64,000 bases of DNA from Candidatus Latescibacterota bacterium. Its GTDB lineage: Bacteria > Latescibacterota > UBA2968 > GCA-2709665. The position numbers and the translations under genes are program-made. Below the pieces are notes generated by a model. The model did no database searches. It was given only the letters and a program-made list of their open reading frames with translations, and was not told the origin of the DNA. The DNA is taken from NCBI GenBank assembly GCA_965219455.1, contig OZ244744.1:2592001-2656000 (forward strand). Direction: 5' to 3'. Positions 59,810 through 64,000 of the stretch are shown in pieces (the stretch's first letter is position 1; the number at the start of each line of letters is the position of its first letter).

Positions 59810-60766
59810 TCACAGTTGCCGCTTTACTTCGGCCAACAATAACCGTTTCGCTTCTTCAATCGGCTTTTCGATTTTGCACCCTGACGCCCGCGTGTGCCCG
59901 CCGCCGCCAAACGCCACGGCGATGCGGTTCACATCCACTGCTCCACGGGAACGCAGGCTGACGCGGAACCGTCCCGGCGTCTCTTCCTTGAAAAACAACG
60001 CCACCTGAATCCCGTCGATTGCCATGGCGTGGTCCACCACAGGATCCAGATTACCGCCCTTTCGGTAAGTCGCGTGGTCCACCAACAGGGTATTCACCCG
60101 ACCGTCGAAATGAAGTTCCAGGGTACCTAAAGCGGCCGCCAACGTCATCATGGTTTCATGGCTTTCCCGGGCGAACAGCGCATCGGCGATCGCCTCCGGA
60201 TTCGCGCCGAAATCCACCAGTTCGCTGCAGACTTTTAGCGCTCGTTCCGGCTGGGAGAACCTGAAAAGCTTGGTATCGAACGCGATTCCCGCGTAAATCT
60301 GGGTGGCAATCGCCGGATTGATCGCCGCACCCGCCGCCAGAAGCAGCCCGTAAACCAGTTCACTGGCGGCACTGGCCGCCCGGTCGATGATACGGACGTC
60401 GCCCTCCGGCTTCCGGCCCGCATGATGATCGATAATCATCGTGCGCGCGTTCTCACCGAGCAGGCAACCCACGTTGCCCACTCGCCCAGGATCGAGCGTG
60501 GGCGTGTCCACGAATACCGCCCGGCAAAAAGCCGGTCGATCCGCGAGAGACCTGTACAACTCAATATGCTCAAATCCCGGAAGAAAAGCAAATTTCGGAT
60601 TTAAGGTCTCGTCGCCCACCACAAGCCGGCACACCCGCTCCTTCTGGACCAGCATTTCCCTCAATGCCAGAAGGCTTCCAATCCCATCGCCGTCTGCATT
60701 GACGTGGGTTGAAAGCAGATACGGTTCATCCGGCTCGAAAAAAGATATCGCCTCGGTAAAATCCAT
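59810..60766 (-). CDS. nrnA: DHH/DHHA1 oligoribonuclease / pAp phosphatase
   Basis: HVNADGDGIGS, IDHH, SLRS, GGGGH. Confidence 0.9.
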   Translation of the reverse strand: MDFTEAISFFEPDEPYLLSTHVNADGDGIGSLLALREMLVQKERVCRLVVGDETLNPKFAFLPGFEHIELYRSLADRPAFCRAVFVDTPTLDPGRVGNVGCLLGENARTMIIDHHAGRKPEGDVRIIDRAASAASELVYGLLLAAGAAINPAIATQIYAGIAFDTKLFRFSQPERALKVCSELVDFGANPEAIADALFARESHETMMTLAAALGTLELHFDGRVNTLLVDHATYRKGGNLDPVVDHAMAIDGIQVALFFKEETPGRFRVSLRSRGAVDVNRIAVAFGGGGHTRASGCKIEKPIEEAKRLLLAEVKRQL

Positions 60767-60839
60767 AGCCTGGTTTCAGGACCGTCCCAATAGTTCCCGA
60801 TTATTGACTCTTCGCAAGCCACAGCGCCGGATTGATCGG

Positions 60840-61030
60840 CTCCTCGCCCCGCATAATCTCAAAAGGGCGAGCGTGCGCCGCTTTACAACCGAGCGCGGCG
60901 TCCCCGTTACTTCCATGGCGAATGCCACGTTCTCGTAGACTGTCCGGTCCTGCAACAGACGGTGATTCTGAAAAACCATACTTACGCTTCGCCGCAAAGC
61001 CGGGATATCCCGGTGCCGAAACGCAATCAC
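60840..61030 (-). pseudogene. ftsE: Internal fragment of cell-division ATPase FtsE
   Basis: DIPALRRSVSMVFQNHRLLQDRTVYENVAFAMEVTG; no Walker A, signature or Walker B. Confidence 0.7.
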
Positions 61031-61100
61031 AAGACCTCCTGCCGCGGGAACCCCTTTGAAGTCAAATATGGCAGGTTTTGATGCATCAAGCCGCACGCCT

Positions 61101-61892
61101 TCAGCTCACGTGGTCGATTCCGCTATCCTCACCGACTTTCCGCAATACGAAATGCACCCGGTCCGACCCTTCGTCGGGCTCGCAAAAGCCGAATCCGTCG
61201 TAGGCCCCTTCCAGCGAAAACGGAGACCGCTCCAGCGCAGTCTGTATATCCGCCAGTGCATATATTCGCTGGCGATGCACCTCTTCCACGGCTTCGTCCG
61301 TCTGTTTGAACCGGATGTCAAATCGATTGAACTGGATCCCGTTCCTGTAAAAGCTCTCGCGGACGTAAGTAAATCCATCCCCGCTGTCATTATCCGTCAG
61401 CCTGCGAAAATATCGCAGCGAATTCGTTTCGGTACAAACGTCGAATACAAAAACGCCGTGTGGCAGCAAAATCGCGTGGACTTCGTTCAATGCACGGGAG
61501 ACGTCCTCAATCGTCATCAGGTAATTTATGCTGTCGTACAGACAAAGCGCTGCTTCGAACCGGGGCAGGCCTGACAGATCCAGCAGGTTTCTGTGGAAAA
61601 ATTCCATGTCGTAACCCGCTTTCCGTGCCTTTTCCTCCGCCACGTCCAGCATCTCCCGGCAACCGTCCGTCCCTGAAGCACAATAGGCCCGCTTTCGCAA
61701 TTCCAGCGCCATACTGCCCGTACCACACGCGAGATCGAGCACCCGCGACGGCGCCACGTTATGTCGAGCGAAGACGGCCTCCATGTAATCCGCCCACTGC
61801 GCATAGTCCACATGCCGCATCACAAAGTCATAAATTTCCGCAAGCCGGGTGTAGGGTTGCGCCTTGCGTTTGTCTTTTTTTCGTCCGAACAT
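61101..61892 (-). CDS. Class I SAM-dependent methyltransferase
   Basis: VLDLACGTG, CLYDSINY, GVFVFD. Confidence 0.92.
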   Translation of the reverse strand: MFGRKKDKRKAQPYTRLAEIYDFVMRHVDYAQWADYMEAVFARHNVAPSRVLDLACGTGSMALELRKRAYCASGTDGCREMLDVAEEKARKAGYDMEFFHRNLLDLSGLPRFEAALCLYDSINYLMTIEDVSRALNEVHAILLPHGVFVFDVCTETNSLRYFRRLTDNDSGDGFTYVRESFYRNGIQFNRFDIRFKQTDEAVEEVHRQRIYALADIQTALERSPFSLEGAYDGFGFCEPDEGSDRVHFVLRKVGEDSGIDHVS

Positions 61893-61962
61893 AAATTCAA
61901 TATAAACAGGTCACAGGGAAAGGGCAAACGACTAGCCCGCGCACCTTCGACGCCGGGTATGA

Positions 61963-61990
61963 GAAAAAAAAACAGCCCCTGTGGGGCTGG
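61963..61990 (-). terminator. Intrinsic terminator after the S4-domain gene
   Basis: Minus strand CAGCCCC-ACA-GGGGCTG followed by T9. Confidence 0.8.
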
Positions 61991-62024
61991 ACTCGCCGGC
62001 TTGACGTCCTGGCTTCGGATGCCG

Positions 62025-62297
62025 TTAGAAGTCGGTGACTTCACACGCCTCGTCCCGAAGCACTTCGTAACATGATCTGGCGGCCGCCCGGGAGACGTTT
62101 CCGGCAGGCAGCTTGAGAATTTCCAGTTCCAGGTATCGATCCAGAAAGGAGATGCTCACCCGCTTACCCGGCGCAACGGCCTGTCCCGGCTTCGCCCGCC
62201 GCCCGTCGAGCATCACGATCCCGTTCTCGCAGGCACGTTTTGCCTCGGACCGTCGACGCGTCAAACAACATCGTTTTAAGAATAAATCCAGCCGCAT
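62025..62297 (-). CDS. hslR: S4-domain RNA-binding protein (Hsp15/RqcP-like)
   Basis: MRLDLFL...RRSEAKRACENG...AKPG. Confidence 0.8.
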   Translation of the reverse strand: MRLDLFLKRCCLTRRRSEAKRACENGIVMLDGRRAKPGQAVAPGKRVSISFLDRYLELEILKLPAGNVSRAAARSCYEVLRDEACEVTDF

Positions 62298-62405
62298 ATC
62301 GAATTAGACGTTCGTTGTGGATACCGAATTCAGGAACTTCCCGTTGCCCGATCCGGAGGCGCAGGCCACGGACCGTCAACCATGAAACCGCGGCCGCGGG
62401 GCGCG

Positions 62406-63752
62406 TCATTTTTGCAACTGGCCTCCGTACCCCAGATCGTACGGCCGAACTTCCACGTAAAGACGTGCTCGTGTTTCCGCGAGCACCTCTTCAAACCGCT
62501 CTTGCAGGCGCTCCTGTTGTATGATATTCCTAACGGCGCCCTGGTCGTCATTCACCTTTACCACATGCCATCCGTACTCCGTCTGTATCGGCGCGCTCAC
62601 TTCGCCCATGTGCATCGTTTTCAGTACATCCGAGAATTCGGCTGGCAAATTTTCCAGCGTGTTCGGCCCCGGAATCCGCCCGCCCTTTTTGGCCGTCTCC
62701 TCATGCGTGGAGTGTTTTCGAGCCAACTCCGCGAAATCCTCTCCCGCCTGAGACTTTTTCGCGAGTTCAAGCGCCTTGTCGTAGGCCGTCTTCACGTCCC
62801 GTGGCGAGGGCTGCAGCGGAATGAGAATGTGCCGTGCCCTTACCTGGTCGCCGGACGCCGCTTCCACCTTGATGACGTGGTAACCGAACTTTGTCTTTAC
62901 CGGCGCACTGATCTCCCCGGGCCGCAGCGCGAAGGCCGCTTCCTCAAACGCCGGGACCATTCGTCCGCGCGGGAAATAACCCAGGTTACCGCCATCTTCC
63001 CTGCTTCCCATGTCGCTCGAATACTGCTTCGCCAATGCCGCGAAATCTTCGCCTTTGCGCAAACGTTCAATGATCGCGTTCGCCTGGGCCTTGACCTCCG
63101 CATCGCGATCGTCGGAGGCTTCAATTGCCAACAGAATATGACTGATACTCACCAACGGCGGAAGCCTGTCCTGATACAGCGCGATATAATCCTGAACGTC
63201 CTTGAACGACACTTCGACCTGTTCGCTCAGGCGTATGTACATCCTCTCCCGCAAAAAATCCTTTCGAAACTCCTGGCGATATTGTTCGCGAAGATCCCGT
63301 TCCGTTACACCGCCTTCGGCAAGTTGGCCGGCAAACGCCTCTTCGCCATGTTCCGCCTTAAGTTCCCGGACGCGGGACCGGACCGCACGTTCGATGACTT
63401 CCTCGTCCACCTCGATGCTGTCCTCTTCCGCCCTGGCCAGCAGGAGTTTTTCCTGGATCATGTTCCCCAGAATAAGCTCGAACATCTCACTGACCCTATC
63501 CGGCGTGAGATCCTCCCTGCTCAGCCCCTGCTGCATGGAAACCAACGCCATGTTCGACATCACGTCAGAACGCAATACGATCTGATCGTCCACCACCGCC
63601 ACGATCTGATCGAGGAGCTGTGGCTTCGCCGCGGCGCTGGCCGCGCACATCAACACCAGAGCCGCCACAAGGGCGCCACACACACCTTTTGGAAAGCTTG
63701 TAACCATCATGTCCAGTCTCCGAATGCCAGAATCGTCCCCCATGGCCCTCAC
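62406..63752 (-). CDS. surA: SurA-like peptidylprolyl isomerase (start probably ~63710)
   Basis: DQIVAVVDD, two parvulin domains (SHILL..FAALAKQYSSD..GGNLG..FGYHVIK; ARHILI..YGWHVVK). Confidence 0.88.
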   Translation of the reverse strand: MRAMGDDSGIRRLDMMVTSFPKGVCGALVAALVLMCAASAAAKPQLLDQIVAVVDDQIVLRSDVMSNMALVSMQQGLSREDLTPDRVSEMFELILGNMIQEKLLLARAEEDSIEVDEEVIERAVRSRVRELKAEHGEEAFAGQLAEGGVTERDLREQYRQEFRKDFLRERMYIRLSEQVEVSFKDVQDYIALYQDRLPPLVSISHILLAIEASDDRDAEVKAQANAIIERLRKGEDFAALAKQYSSDMGSREDGGNLGYFPRGRMVPAFEEAAFALRPGEISAPVKTKFGYHVIKVEAASGDQVRARHILIPLQPSPRDVKTAYDKALELAKKSQAGEDFAELARKHSTHEETAKKGGRIPGPNTLENLPAEFSDVLKTMHMGEVSAPIQTEYGWHVVKVNDDQGAVRNIIQQERLQERFEEVLAETRARLYVEVRPYDLGYGGQLQK

Positions 63753-64000
63753 GGCGATGCCCTAAACCTAATGTCCCGTCCCAGAAATAAGTCACCCTTC
63801 TTCCGCCTGTCTGCGTGCAGGTCTTCCGCACAGGCAGGCCGATTCATCCCGTCTGGCTTCGTTGCCATCGCTCGACGGCCGAATTTGCGCAATTTATTTC
63901 CGGGACAGAACACTAACCCGCCGTCCTATATGTGACTGCCCGGGCATCGTATGGTTCCGAGTAAGGACGAGAATATATGCGCTCAAACGAGGCTCTGCAA

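Noticed and set aside
62382-63935. Long antisense ORFs (62382-63935, 41815-42831, 45803-46876, 49490-50617) and the same-strand alternative frame 33866-34849
   Set aside because: Shadow frames of well-supported genes in GC-rich DNA
1-64000. tRNA, rRNA, transposase or prophage genes
   Set aside because: None recognised by eye; the four-helix-bundle gene is not inside an rRNA gene

Overview
Bacterial, GC-rich 64 kb window. Gene content resembles Latescibacterota/Gemmatimonadota-like bacteria, which is a weak inference. The left half (272-36403) is one locus. A sigma-54 response regulator and histidine kinase (33694-36403) lie divergent from a minus-strand run of eight ~790-aa MacB/FtsX-type duplicated ABC permease paralogues (six intact, one internally deleted, one frameshifted, plus a C-terminal remnant), an ECF sigma factor, one periplasmic adaptor and one ABC ATPase. 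Five sigma-54 -24/-12 promoters share a tandem TGTCCG-N4-CG(A)NACA enhancer motif, and the spacers between permeases are filled with REP-like palindromes. Between the adaptor and ATPase genes (986-3702) is a 2.7 kb, seven-unit tandem array of near-identical long-hairpin repeats alternating with ~125-bp divergent but structurally conserved segments. One unit carries an intact four-helix-bundle (23S rRNA IVP/Avd-like) gene and the others look like internally deleted miniatures of that cassette. This array is the most unusual feature of the window. The right half holds carbohydrate and hydrolase genes, a hicB/truncated hicA + AAA ATPase/DUF4276 module, an ATP-grasp-larE-def-PHP-pncB-moaD-moaE run, and housekeeping genes (ctpA, tmk, argF, nrnA, hslR, surA). 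All alignments and counts were done by eye; no database searches were run.
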